Positions 46,496-57,001 of a stretch of 64,000 bases of DNA are shown one piece after another. Location: UHGV virus genome UHGV-1353844. The stretch is one strand, 5' to 3'. A model generated the notes under the pieces. That model had not been told where the DNA came from and made no database searches. It saw only the letters and a program-made list of their open reading frames with translations. The position numbers and the translations under genes are program-made. The first letter of the stretch is position 1. Every line of letters begins with the position of its first letter. Origin of the DNA: a virus.

Positions 46496-47382
46496 TAATT
46501 CGCTGTCCCTAAGAAGAACGGTGCAGGTTGACCGATACGGATTGTCAGTGACAGTTTATCGTTCGTCTGCGCCAGGTTAGTAAACATCGAAATGTAATAC
46601 AGGGCTTGTACACCGATAGCTTCAGTGTAGCTGAACTTCGAACCTGTGGCAGAGTCACCAGACGTTACCTGGTCTAAACCGGAGCACAGTGCCAGTTCAG
46701 AGATAATCGAACTACGAGGGCTACCGCGCATAATGCTGGTTACGTTCATGTACTCCTGAACGTCGAAGTCCGTCCACGGGATAACCAGGTCTGCACCTGA
46801 CTCCACATAACGGCCATCAGGGATTGCAACGGTACCGTCATCGTCGTAATCGTAATCCGGCAGCACTTTCGGTACCGGGTTCAGTTCAGTATCCGTATAA
46901 ACAAAGTCTTCTACAGTTTCAACACCGTTCTCACGCTTAATGTCGTAGTCGGTGGTTTTTACTGCACGCATGTCAATGCGTTTTAAGTAGTACGCCCAAT
47001 ACTCACGTTTGTTGATGGTTTCCAGAGTACGGAAAGCGTAGTTCTTACGCTGCTCATCAGACAAATCGTTGTCTTTAGTACGCAGGACAAACGGAACGCG
47101 TGAAAACATCCCGGACGCGATAGGTTCTTTAGCTACAGGAACAACATCAGCAACAACATCTGATGTGTCGACCATGTGGCCACGGTTACCAATCGCCATG
47201 TACTGCAAATGGGGACGTGCTTTACCATCCGGCACTGGGGTTTGCATGAGCTTATAAAACTCATTCAGTGTGGACTTCTGTGGGTATTGCACATCGGCAC
47301 CGGTAATTAATGCGGTAGCCAGACGCATCGCATTAAGTGTTACCGTCGAGAGTTTACCGTCGTAAACTTTGACATTAGACAT
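46495..47382 (-). CDS. hypothetical protein (head/structural block)
   Basis: 295-aa ORF. Confidence 0.6.
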   Translation of the reverse strand: MSNVKVYDGKLSTVTLNAMRLATALITGADVQYPQKSTLNEFYKLMQTPVPDGKARPHLQYMAIGNRGHMVDTSDVVADVVPVAKEPIASGMFSRVPFVLRTKDNDLSDEQRKNYAFRTLETINKREYWAYYLKRIDMRAVKTTDYDIKRENGVETVEDFVYTDTELNPVPKVLPDYDYDDDGTVAIPDGRYVESGADLVIPWTDFDVQEYMNVTSIMRGSPRSSIISELALCSGLDQVTSGDSATGSKFSYTEAIGVQALYYISMFTNLAQTNDKLSLTIRIGQPAPFFLGTAN

Positions 47383-47929
47383 TGATTAATTCTCCAGGGC
47401 GGAACCCGTCCAACGCAAGTTTCGTCACAAGAGACGCCAACGTACGTGGTGTGGGGTCAGTAAATACGACCGGAATCGTTCCTTTAAAAGATAAGTGATT
47501 CGGGACTAAGCGAACATCATAAGAATCGAGTTCCTCACTGATAGGCTCGATCATAATGTCGTCTTGGGTCAAATCAATACCGGTCTGAGCAACGATATAG
47601 TCTGCCAGTTCTTGGCTGCTGGTTACTTCGCCTTTCGGTACTGTAACCGGTTCGTCAGCTAAGAACGTTGCCAGGTCAACACGGGTTAAGATGAATTCCT
47701 GGTTCCCTGTAACACCGTTTTTAAAGTCGGCCGCCACTTTCGATTCCAGTCCGTAACGACGGGCTTCGTCTTTCGTCAGTGGTTGCACACCTTTATCGTT
47801 AAAATCGATGTTGTCAGTGGTATAGGATACCCCGAAAACGTAGTTAATACGATCTACCAGAATTTGTTTCGGAGTTTTCGTTAAGTCGACGCGATATGCC
47901 ATGGTTTTCTCACTTAGGTAGCTGGTCAA
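47375..47929 (-). CDS. hypothetical protein
   Basis: 184-aa ORF. Confidence 0.6.
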   Translation of the reverse strand: MTSYLSEKTMAYRVDLTKTPKQILVDRINYVFGVSYTTDNIDFNDKGVQPLTKDEARRYGLESKVAADFKNGVTGNQEFILTRVDLATFLADEPVTVPKGEVTSSQELADYIVAQTGIDLTQDDIMIEPISEELDSYDVRLVPNHLSFKGTIPVVFTDPTPRTLASLVTKLALDGFRPGELINV

Positions 47930-50105
47930 GCGTGAAGCCGTCCAGATCGTTAATTTTCACCTGTTCGTTTAACGTCCAATCGTCAAGCGAAGATTTCACT
48001 TTAACAACCCCGGTAGTCGGCTCGTTAATATCCACCACAACCTGCTGTGTTACTTTCACTCGGATACCCATGTAAATGTTCATCCTGAGTTTGATGTGCT
48101 GTGGCATCGACAGTTCTTTAATAACAGGCGCTGCCGGTAACACAGTGTCGGTGGACATATACTGGTGACGCGTAACTTGCTGTACGCCTAAGAGGGGTTC
48201 AATAATGGTAATCGACCCCTCCCCACTCATAGGGATATCCCCTAAGATAGGACAGAGCGGGTCCATAACGTCGTAAGAATCTGACCCCATTCGTGCAGCA
48301 AAATGTACGGTGTAGGATGACAACTTCGTCATCAGTCGTACCATTGCACGCTGAATCTCAGACTGTGAAATCGTTGCGCGGGTTTCCAGGTTAGTTGCGG
48401 TGTTAAATGCGTCAATAGCAATGTCTTGCCACGTCTCCGCCGAAACCAACGTATAGTCTAACCCAAACGTTTTAAAGAACTCATCGTAGTTACGATAGTT
48501 CAGTTTTAAATCGCAACGATAATCACGGTAATGGTAGTTAAACAGCATCATACCCGCTGCACGGTCAGGAATCTTCCGACGGTTTTGGCTATAACGCCAA
48601 CGACGTCGTTTCTGGGTAATGATTTCATTAACCGTGTCGTAAAGTTCATCAGCACTAAGAATCGTTCCGACGACTTCTGTGTGCGTATCGGTATAATAGT
48701 TAATCAACGCATCGAAACGGTTTTCCCAGCTCGGGATTAAATGTTGTTCCATTTCATCGAATGAAACCCAGCGTTTGATTAACACCCCGAACACGTTGAA
48801 CACAGGAATCTTTTCTAACGCAACGTCAGAATACCCTTTATACGCCGCGTACAAGAACAGCGCCAATAACTCTTTTGAGCTAAGCTTTAAGGTATCCCCG
48901 TTTGTTGGGTTAAGAATCTCGTGGTAAATGTTGTATTTCCCTTTCGCGACGAGATGTACCCATTCGTTAAAGAGGTTATGCAGATACTCGAAGCGCTCAA
49001 TCGCTTCTGGGTCGACTGCTGTAACTTCAATGAGTTTGGTTTTCAGGTTAGGGTATTGCGTTAAACTTAAACGGGTATCTAAGTCTTCCTGATACTCCGG
49101 TTCGTACGCCGGGTTATTGTACGCTAACGCGACTTCCTTCTGGATGATGTCCGTCGTTGTTACAATGTCAAGGTCTCGACCAGAGTCCTTTTCCGTATAG
49201 TTAAGCGATTGCTGATAACCGATCGGTAACGGCGTTAACGTGGAATCGTCATCATCCTTCGGTTCGTGTATTTGCTGCGCAACATTATACCCAACCGCAG
49301 GCATCCCCCAACCTGTCAGTAGCGCATCAATCTGCCAGTCGAAAATCTCCTCTTTCCCTGAGTTACGTTCCCAGTAACGAATATTCCGATAAAGAATGAA
49401 TTTCTGTTTCTGGGTCAAATACGGCATAAACTCGTGAAGTTCTTGGTGTGATGCTAAGAACTCTGTCACGTAAAACGAATGCGTTTCCGTGGTATGCTGT
49501 AAAGAAGAACGAATATACCCGATGATGCCGGGTAACTGCGGATACAGAATACAGTAGAATGCTAACACGAACGCATCGTTGTGAACTTTCCACCCTTCTG
49601 ACATATAGCGAACGTGAGCTGCCCTTATTCTGTCTTCCAATCTCGACATCAGTGACGTCTCTTGCGACTCCACTAATGAACTGTCGTAATAGAGGATAGA
49701 GCAGTCAGCCACACGGATGGCGTAGTTTATATCCACCGGATTAAACACACCCCGGATATAAATCGCGTAGTCAGGATACGTTCTGATCAGCTCCTCAATG
49801 TACCCGCCGTTCGAACGAAATACGTTTGAGGTCTTTTTATGACGGGACAGGTTGGCTGTCGTTAATTCTATCTGCTCTTGCGTGTCGAGCGACGTTATGT
49901 AAATGGGCTTATCCCATTCGTGACGTTGTCCTGCTAAATGCAGGTAGTATCGCCACGTACTTCGGTTATCGGAAACGAAACCGCCGTTCTCGGTTATTGC
50001 CAGATTCATCTGTTGTGCGATTGATTCTGATTTAATAATCAGTGATTTCGCCAACGCGATGTTCTGTTCACGAAATATGTTAAATCTCTGCATCGGAGAC
50101 CCCAA
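47910..50105 (-). CDS. large hypothetical protein; ORF-track start is TTG, probable ATG start at 50093
   Basis: 731-aa ORF, no Walker A. Confidence 0.65.
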   Translation of the reverse strand: MGSPMQRFNIFREQNIALAKSLIIKSESIAQQMNLAITENGGFVSDNRSTWRYYLHLAGQRHEWDKPIYITSLDTQEQIELTTANLSRHKKTSNVFRSNGGYIEELIRTYPDYAIYIRGVFNPVDINYAIRVADCSILYYDSSLVESQETSLMSRLEDRIRAAHVRYMSEGWKVHNDAFVLAFYCILYPQLPGIIGYIRSSLQHTTETHSFYVTEFLASHQELHEFMPYLTQKQKFILYRNIRYWERNSGKEEIFDWQIDALLTGWGMPAVGYNVAQQIHEPKDDDDSTLTPLPIGYQQSLNYTEKDSGRDLDIVTTTDIIQKEVALAYNNPAYEPEYQEDLDTRLSLTQYPNLKTKLIEVTAVDPEAIERFEYLHNLFNEWVHLVAKGKYNIYHEILNPTNGDTLKLSSKELLALFLYAAYKGYSDVALEKIPVFNVFGVLIKRWVSFDEMEQHLIPSWENRFDALINYYTDTHTEVVGTILSADELYDTVNEIITQKRRRWRYSQNRRKIPDRAAGMMLFNYHYRDYRCDLKLNYRNYDEFFKTFGLDYTLVSAETWQDIAIDAFNTATNLETRATISQSEIQRAMVRLMTKLSSYTVHFAARMGSDSYDVMDPLCPILGDIPMSGEGSITIIEPLLGVQQVTRHQYMSTDTVLPAAPVIKELSMPQHIKLRMNIYMGIRVKVTQQVVVDINEPTTGVVKVKSSLDDWTLNEQVKINDLDGFTLDQLPK

Positions 50106-52822
50106 TGGACGATATTAGTAAATTAACGGGCGACCCCGCCGTAGCTGCAATTCTTCGTAAAACTACGGGCCCAGCACCTCAGCAACAACGCGGTACGCGT
50201 AGCGAGGGTGGTTCTACGCCAACACGTCAAGAACTCACGGCAATTGCGAGTTCACGTATTCGTACTATCAAAAATGCGGAACGTATCTTTGATGCGTTAC
50301 CTGAACTCGAAACAATCGTTACTATTGCAACTTCGAGCCTGCTATCAACAAAAGACTTAATCAACACGACGTTGATTTACGACAACATCGCGGACATCCC
50401 CATTGATCTGCGTAACGCACTACTGACACCGACCCGTGATTATCACGATAACATTCGTCAGCTACCTAAGAAATTATATCAGTGGATTTACGATGCGTTA
50501 AAAACCAAAGGCGCAAGTCCAGTGATGATAATCTCGGATACCGGCTTCGACCAATTATTCGGTCTGAATACAAAGGTCGCTACTGAATCTGTTCGTCGTT
50601 CCCAAACGGCGTTCTTCGAACAACAGCTTGGTATTCTCGGGCCTATTAATGCGCCGAAAGAAGGGCAGCGAGTTGGTGTAGAATCAATTCTCAACCGTTT
50701 ACACGGAGCCGTTACTGGTCCTCAAACGTTGAAAATCGATTTCGGTAAACACGATTCGATGTTCTCGGATAAATTCCAGATGGAAATCACGATTACCGAT
50801 AACCCGCGCATTACCATGCTACCGGATTTGTATCGTCGTATTGCGCATGAGAACGCACGTACGGGATTGTACGGGCAATTAGAGCAAGCCGCATATGAAA
50901 AGCCGTCTACACCAAACGGTGGCAGTCCGTTCGACCCTAACCAATCTTTCGATGACCGTCAGCGTGACGCTGCTGAAAAAGGGTTCATTAACTTGGGTGA
51001 TTTAAACGAGGCGTATAAGTCAACACCGAAAACACAAACGTACGGTGATATTCCTATTATCTCAATGGATGAGAATAACAAAATCGAATACATCGAACGT
51101 TTACTGCCCGCAGAGTCAACGCTGCCACTGGTAATTGGCGATGACGTTCGTAACCCTATCGGTTATCTGACCATCGTAGATGACATGGGTAACTTCATCA
51201 ATGCTCGCTCCTCGCTGTACGGCGATGCGAACTTTATGAACTACCTGAATAACGACGGGATGACGGACAGCATCATTAACCGTTCTAATCTGGGCTTAGG
51301 GAACACTTCTCGTATTACCCCGGAAATCGCCAACCGTTTAAGTGCACGTTGTGGTGAAATCGCTGAAAACGAATTTGCCCGCGCATTAAGTCAGGCACTA
51401 GGTGGCGCAGAAATCAGCATGAATATTACCGAAACTTTCGGTCGTATTCTGTTAGCGCGTCATCTCGCAAAACGTCATACTCAGGTGGTTTACATTCCGG
51501 TTAATAACCTTTGCTATTTTGCAACCGACTTTAACGAAGATGGTATCGGGGTTTCTATTACTGAGCGCTCCTTTATTATCTCTACTGTCAGGATGGCGCT
51601 GCTGTTCGCAACGATGAACTCATCTGTACTGAACTCGGCACGTCACATGCAGTACGACATTGAGCTGTCACCAGATGATGCAAACGGTCAAAAAACCGTT
51701 GACCAAGTTAAATCAGATATCCTTAATTCCTACAATCGACGCCTGCCGATGTGGGGCGATATCAACGACGCCTGGTCAATGGGGGCTAACGCGGGGATTG
51801 CCTTTAACGTAACGGGTAACGATTACTACGCCAGCCACAAAGTGTCTGTGTCTGATACCACGCCGGAGTATAAAGTTCCTGATCAACAAATCGACGAGAA
51901 CCTGTTACGCCGTACATGTCACATCGCGTGTGTTGATCCTGACCTTGTACTTACCCCGGAGAACCTGGAGTTTGCTTCTCAGATTTATTCTAAATCGCTG
52001 TTGGTCACTCAACAGATTGTGAAGAAACAGGAAATCCTCTCAACCCCGCTTACGCGCTACGTTACAAACAGTCTGCAAGCTTCACCGAAACTGCAAGCAG
52101 AACTCATCCGTATTATCGTTGAGTATATCCGTGAGCAGAATCCGGATGTATCTAGCGAAGAGATGACAAAACAAACGTCAGAGTATATGGCGAAGTTTAT
52201 CAACGGTATGAAGGTCACCTTGCCACCGCCTGATACTTCTGCAACAGCATCTCAAGCTGATCTCTTCGATAAACGCTATGAATTTATCGAGAAACTTGCA
52301 GATCTGGTGGTCACGGATGACATTGCTAATATGCTTCAGAACGAAGGTATTGAAATGTCACCTGATGACCTCAAGACGATGGTTAAGACCTTCTACGCGC
52401 GCAACTGGCTACGTAATCAGGGCATCGAAACCGATCTGTTTGATTTGATCTACGATGAAGATAAACGTGGTGAAAACGTCAAGATGATTTCTGATGAGAT
52501 TGCAGCGGCATCGAAGACGCTGATTCAGTTAGCAAAACGTGCGACAGGTAAAGTTCAGACGTTAGCAAAAGCAGCCGATCTGAATCCTGAAGACGCCAAT
52601 AACTTCGGCGGTGGCGGCGACTTCGGTGGCGGCACTGAAGACGATGGTGGCTTAGGAGGCGATGAGGACTTAGGTGGTGACGATCTGGGCGGTGATGAAG
52701 ACTTGGACATGACCGATGATGAAACGACGGAAACCGATACGACGACGGAAGAAGACGTTTCAACTGAAGGCACGGACGAGACGGATACCGGCGCAGATGA
52801 CAACACCGATGAAACTCTCTAA
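50105..52822 (+). CDS. large protein with acidic Gly/Asp/Thr-rich C-terminal tail (portal candidate, speculative)
   Basis: 905-aa ORF, SD ggag; antisense ORFs 52479-52829 are shadows of the acidic repeat region. Confidence 0.7.
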   Translation: MDDISKLTGDPAVAAILRKTTGPAPQQQRGTRSEGGSTPTRQELTAIASSRIRTIKNAERIFDALPELETIVTIATSSLLSTKDLINTTLIYDNIADIPIDLRNALLTPTRDYHDNIRQLPKKLYQWIYDALKTKGASPVMIISDTGFDQLFGLNTKVATESVRRSQTAFFEQQLGILGPINAPKEGQRVGVESILNRLHGAVTGPQTLKIDFGKHDSMFSDKFQMEITITDNPRITMLPDLYRRIAHENARTGLYGQLEQAAYEKPSTPNGGSPFDPNQSFDDRQRDAAEKGFINLGDLNEAYKSTPKTQTYGDIPIISMDENNKIEYIERLLPAESTLPLVIGDDVRNPIGYLTIVDDMGNFINARSSLYGDANFMNYLNNDGMTDSIINRSNLGLGNTSRITPEIANRLSARCGEIAENEFARALSQALGGAEISMNITETFGRILLARHLAKRHTQVVYIPVNNLCYFATDFNEDGIGVSITERSFIISTVRMALLFATMNSSVLNSARHMQYDIELSPDDANGQKTVDQVKSDILNSYNRRLPMWGDINDAWSMGANAGIAFNVTGNDYYASHKVSVSDTTPEYKVPDQQIDENLLRRTCHIACVDPDLVLTPENLEFASQIYSKSLLVTQQIVKKQEILSTPLTRYVTNSLQASPKLQAELIRIIVEYIREQNPDVSSEEMTKQTSEYMAKFINGMKVTLPPPDTSATASQADLFDKRYEFIEKLADLVVTDDIANMLQNEGIEMSPDDLKTMVKTFYARNWLRNQGIETDLFDLIYDEDKRGENVKMISDEIAAASKTLIQLAKRATGKVQTLAKAADLNPEDANNFGGGGDFGGGTEDDGGLGGDEDLGGDDLGGDEDLDMTDDETTETDTTTEEDVSTEGTDETDTGADDNTDETL

Positions 52823-52847
52823 ATAGCAAAAAAAATAATTCGAGCTT

Positions 52848-52888
52848 ACTCCGACCCTTCTGGGGTCGGGGTAGCTTTCTTTTTTCAC
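52848..52888. terminator. bidirectional terminator
   Basis: ccgacccc-ttct-ggggtcgg with A-run before and T-run after. Confidence 0.65.
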
Positions 52889-53184
52889 CATGCTATTTCG
52901 TCTTTATTGATAGCAAGGTCTAACATAATTCCTATTGCTAAAGGATCGTTATCGTACGCCATCAGTTTCGCTAACAGTTCTGGCTGACCTGATTTCTTAA
53001 CGGCTTTCAGTAGTTCGTTACGGGCATTATAGTAGATAAGCCAGTATCTACCGTGATTGACTTTGGTGTTTGAGTGTTCTAATAAATAGCGATTAAACTC
53101 CATGGTTGCTTCGGTTTCAGGTAATTCGAAGCGAAAACGTGGACTACGTTCGTAGTTTACATTAATAACAACATATTTAATCAT
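52885..53184 (-). CDS. hypothetical protein
   Basis: 99-aa ORF. Confidence 0.55.
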   Translation of the reverse strand: MIKYVVINVNYERSPRFRFELPETEATMEFNRYLLEHSNTKVNHGRYWLIYYNARNELLKAVKKSGQPELLAKLMAYDNDPLAIGIMLDLAINKDEIAW

Positions 53185-53193
53185 TTCCTCATT

Positions 53194-53221
53194 CCCTCAC
53201 TATAGTGGGCGGCTATAATAA
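53194..53221 (-). promoter_or_regulatory. promoter-like motif variant (ACTATAGTGAGGG in minus orientation)
   Basis: matches the TAG-GxGAG end of the other sites. Confidence 0.3.
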
Positions 53222-53227
53222 ATTGGG

Positions 53228-53262
53228 GAATAAAAAAGAAGGAGGAGAGCCGAAGCTCTCCT
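53228..53262 (-). terminator. rho-independent terminator
   Basis: ggagagc-cgaa-gctctcc. Confidence 0.6.
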
Positions 53263-53272
53263 TGTGTGGTGA

Positions 53273-53527
53273 TTAACCAATAGCAGCGATACGTTCTTCG
53301 AGTAACAGTTTCTCTGCGGTCATAACTTCTAACTCCGCAGTGATAAGTTTTACCTGCTTCTCGTCGATAAATAATGGACGTTTCTCAATAAGTTGTTCAC
53401 GCTCGTGAATACGGACGCGAAGTTGATATAACTCCAAAGAAAGTTGTTGCTTTAAACGCTCCACGGTATCAATTACGTTTAGCTCTATCTTGGCTTTACT
53501 GTAATCAACATAAGCGGCCATACGCAC
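53273..53527 (-). CDS. small coiled-coil protein
   Basis: 84-aa ORF. Confidence 0.5.
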   Translation of the reverse strand: MRMAAYVDYSKAKIELNVIDTVERLKQQLSLELYQLRVRIHEREQLIEKRPLFIDEKQVKLITAELEVMTAEKLLLEERIAAIG

Positions 53528-53565
53528 TCCTTAAAAATGGGGATGTTTCCACCCCCAATCCAAAC

Positions 53566-55176
53566 TTAATAACGAACTGGTGCAGTCACGTCACCTGTGC
53601 TCAGCAGCGAATAAACATGAGACGGGGTCTTAAGTTTAATGAACGCTTCTGGTGCTTTCTGGTTAATGACTTCGTAGATTGAAACAATCGGTTCGAAGCT
53701 GTTACCAAACGATGAGATTTCCACGATATGGCGATCGTTAGCGGATTGATAATCTGCTTGCAGAGAAATCGTGTACGTTACCTGAGACAGTTCAATAGCT
53801 TTATTATCGCAGGTCAGACGAATGTGCAGCTTACGCAGAGAACGCGCGATCAGCAGGAACATTTCACGAAAATAATCCGCAGACTTGCTCACACCATTTT
53901 CACCGATGGTACGACCATACACTGTCTCTTTAAAGTAGGTCATGTCATCCAGGCAGCATTCCAACTGTACGAATTTCGTACCCGGAACGTCTTTACCGTA
54001 AGCAGATGCCACGGAGATGGCGTTGTGAACCAGCACGGTTAATGTTGCAATGAAACGACGAGTAAACGCTGAACATTCGCTACGATACGTTTCATTCTCA
54101 TCAGATTTGGTGAGGAAGTACATTAACAAACGTTGTGCAAGGTCACGCAGTCTGAAGACGTCATTAGAAACACGCTCCATCAGCTTTTCAATATCGTCAA
54201 TATCACGTACGGTATCGAGATCGTCGATAATCTGGCGAACCGAACTATAAAACTCCTGGAGATACACCGCAGAAGTTTCAGTCTGTGCCATCGGATACAG
54301 ACGGTATTCGCTTTCGACTTTCACCATGATACCCGCATCGTCATACGAGCAATATTGTTTGTCGTTATCTTCAACCAGTTCACTAACCTTATCACCCCAG
54401 TCACGATGTTCTGCATACACAGAATTCTTGACGCGTGTGTTAGCTTCTTTCGGCGAAACAACGTTTTGCTGAATCTTTTCTTTCAGCTCGTGATCTAAAT
54501 AGTCTTCCACAATTTCTACCCGCAAAATGTCATGGTGAGGACGGTTAGCACGTTGAATGATATCATCCATCGTTTCCTTATTCATATCCACAGGCTTGCT
54601 TTTGTTCATCACTTCCTGCGGAACAGTCGGCTGAATAATAGCAGGCTGTGTTTGCGTTTGCGGTTGAGTTTGCGGAGTACCACCGAATACCGGAGCGGAT
54701 TGTACAGGTTGCACTGTTACACCGGCCGGAGTATAGCTGGCCATCGGTACAGAAGAACCCTGAATCGGTGCAGTTGGTTGCGCATTCTGCGAATTCTGAA
54801 TACCGAAGTTAACCGGTTCAGTACGCACACCGAATCCACCCTGCCCAGCACGACGTGCTTCTTCTGCAAGCTGATTCGCCAGCACAAACGCTTTCTCTAA
54901 CGCGCTATGAATGTCCGGCTGCAACGGAGTCAGACCTAAACCTAACAGACGGCTATAGAGCGTTGCCTTAAAGGTTTCGATAACCGCAACGTTAGTTTGG
55001 TCACTAGGGCGACGGTTTTGCAGATACCAGTTACCCACAATACACGCTGCATTAACAAACGGATCTTCTTTTATCCCCTTCGCGTTCATCGCGTCGACGA
55101 GATAGTTCAAAAGCTGATCCTGTTTAGCCATAAAAACTTTCAAGATAAATTCACGAGTTTCGCTGTAGCTTGCCAT
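53566..55176 (-). CDS. hypothetical protein with Q/P/T-rich linker (structural candidate)
   Basis: 536-aa ORF; antisense ORFs 53728-55182 are shadows. Confidence 0.65.
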   Translation of the reverse strand: MASYSETREFILKVFMAKQDQLLNYLVDAMNAKGIKEDPFVNAACIVGNWYLQNRRPSDQTNVAVIETFKATLYSRLLGLGLTPLQPDIHSALEKAFVLANQLAEEARRAGQGGFGVRTEPVNFGIQNSQNAQPTAPIQGSSVPMASYTPAGVTVQPVQSAPVFGGTPQTQPQTQTQPAIIQPTVPQEVMNKSKPVDMNKETMDDIIQRANRPHHDILRVEIVEDYLDHELKEKIQQNVVSPKEANTRVKNSVYAEHRDWGDKVSELVEDNDKQYCSYDDAGIMVKVESEYRLYPMAQTETSAVYLQEFYSSVRQIIDDLDTVRDIDDIEKLMERVSNDVFRLRDLAQRLLMYFLTKSDENETYRSECSAFTRRFIATLTVLVHNAISVASAYGKDVPGTKFVQLECCLDDMTYFKETVYGRTIGENGVSKSADYFREMFLLIARSLRKLHIRLTCDNKAIELSQVTYTISLQADYQSANDRHIVEISSFGNSFEPIVSIYEVINQKAPEAFIKLKTPSHVYSLLSTGDVTAPVRY

Positions 55177-55215
55177 TCTTAATTCTCCTAATAGGTCTTA
55201 ATACGTCTTTCGTGG

Positions 55216-56991
55216 TTAACGGCCAATCTTCGCAATATCTTCTTCGGTTGCTTGGATTAACTCGTCAAGTTTTGGATTACGAACCATCACTAACTGACGG
55301 CTAGTTTTCATGTACGGGTTAAGGATACCCCATTTGAACGGGGACGATTTCGGAATGTAATAAACGTTACCGCACTCCAGATGCGATGCAGAAGCGTGTT
55401 TCGTACGGTCATTAAGGTTAACCGTTTTACCGCCTTTGCTGTTACGTTTAGATTCCGTTTCAGTTTGACTAATCGCGTGTGTGGATACTCCTAGTACCAT
55501 GGACTCTGTTGATGCGTTGAAATAACTTACACCGCCGTTACCAGTGATATTACGCAACACCAGACTCGTGACAATTTCTTTATTGAGTGCGCTACGAATC
55601 ATATTCGCGCAGGATTCTGGCGAACGATTCTCCGTTTGTCCCAGATGGAAACGAATAGCCGCTACCGTTGGTGTAAACCCACGGTCACCTAACAGTAAGT
55701 AGTCAGTTACGGTTAAACGTTTTCCGTACATCGACGGAATGTCACCCTGTTTAGTCAAACGGGTACGTACCATCAGTTTCGTTGCATACCAGAAGAAATC
55801 AAACATATCCATGTCGTCTGGAATGTCAGGATCGGTCATCTTCAGTTCTGCACGGAACGTTGAGTTAACGTAGCGATCGCATTCAGTATAGTGTTTCGCC
55901 ATACTGTGCGCTAACTCAATATCGGAAGGTTTCAGTCCTACGATACTTCTTCCCAGAATCTCACGCCAAATCGGAGCAGAGTTCAGGTTAGCAATATCGT
56001 CTTCCATCGCTAACTCGTTAATTGCGGTAAACAGCGGCGGGAGCGGCGTGACGTTACCGTTCTTAATGGATTGTTTACTGCAATAGTAGTGAGCGGCTTT
56101 GAAGAACGCAGCAATTGCGGCCAGCAACAAATGCTCGTTTTGATCCCAACCAACTTTATCCACGTTCGGCAATGCTTCTGCGGGTACGACAACCGCGTAC
56201 ATTATCGAACGGTTATATTTCGATTCACCGGAACTGATTACAACTTTCTCGTTGAGATCGAGTTCTGGGATCTTAAACGATGGATAAATTTCTACGTCAA
56301 CACCAGTATAGCGTTTAATCGCTTCTTTAAATCCGTAACGTCCGAACAACCAATACATTAACGGTTTCTCGTCAGTATCAGGATGTGTTGCGTTCTTCGC
56401 TTTGAACAGGTTTTTGGTTCCTGGTAAGAATAGCTCCTCTTTTTTACCGTTGACTAACACACGGACAGGTTGCTTACAGAATTTCAACGAGGCTTTACGT
56501 TTAAAGTCAAAGTTAACAAATACCCCACCGTGTTCGCGACAGATACCTGGCTGGTGAATAACCGGTGCAACGTGATACGTCGTACCGTAATAGTTCATTA
56601 AACCACCACGACGGATAAAGGGTAAGTTAATCGGTCTTGAGATCGGTCGAGAATCTCCTGGAATACGGAATGTTGACATGACCATATACGCATCAGTATT
56701 CGCAATGGACATCACACCACGACGTCTATCCATTCTGCTGCTCTCAGAACGAGACAGCTTATAGATGAACGTTTCAAACGGTGACATTAACCGTACACCT
56801 AATACAGCCAGCCCTTCAGGAACACGCGGATTATCAACAGGATGATAATCCAGCTCACGTTTCAAGATAATCTGAACACGCTCGTGTATACCGTCTTTGG
56901 CCTGTGTATAACCGACACCTTCCGCAATCGCTCGGTTAAAGGGTACTATTTTGCCATCCTCTTTAAGCTTTCTGATTGCATCTTTAAACAC
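55216..56991 (-). CDS. hypothetical protein (structural/morphogenesis candidate)
   Basis: 591-aa ORF. Confidence 0.65.
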   Translation of the reverse strand: MFKDAIRKLKEDGKIVPFNRAIAEGVGYTQAKDGIHERVQIILKRELDYHPVDNPRVPEGLAVLGVRLMSPFETFIYKLSRSESSRMDRRRGVMSIANTDAYMVMSTFRIPGDSRPISRPINLPFIRRGGLMNYYGTTYHVAPVIHQPGICREHGGVFVNFDFKRKASLKFCKQPVRVLVNGKKEELFLPGTKNLFKAKNATHPDTDEKPLMYWLFGRYGFKEAIKRYTGVDVEIYPSFKIPELDLNEKVVISSGESKYNRSIMYAVVVPAEALPNVDKVGWDQNEHLLLAAIAAFFKAAHYYCSKQSIKNGNVTPLPPLFTAINELAMEDDIANLNSAPIWREILGRSIVGLKPSDIELAHSMAKHYTECDRYVNSTFRAELKMTDPDIPDDMDMFDFFWYATKLMVRTRLTKQGDIPSMYGKRLTVTDYLLLGDRGFTPTVAAIRFHLGQTENRSPESCANMIRSALNKEIVTSLVLRNITGNGGVSYFNASTESMVLGVSTHAISQTETESKRNSKGGKTVNLNDRTKHASASHLECGNVYYIPKSSPFKWGILNPYMKTSRQLVMVRNPKLDELIQATEEDIAKIGR

Positions 56992-57001
56992 GCCACGCTC
57001 C

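Noticed and set aside
52479-52829. Minus-strand ORFs of 83-116 aa rich in Ser/Pro/His/Arg
   Set aside because: Antisense of the acidic low-complexity tail of the 905-aa gene
53194-53212. Plus-strand T7/T3-like promoter (CCCTCACTATAG)
   Set aside because: The match is to a palindromic core; in the minus orientation it aligns with the other intergenic promoter-like motifs and sits correctly upstream of a minus-strand gene, whereas a plus-strand promoter would drive antisense transcription
53728-55182. Plus-strand ORFs of 61-122 aa
   Set aside because: Antisense shadows within the 536-aa minus-strand gene
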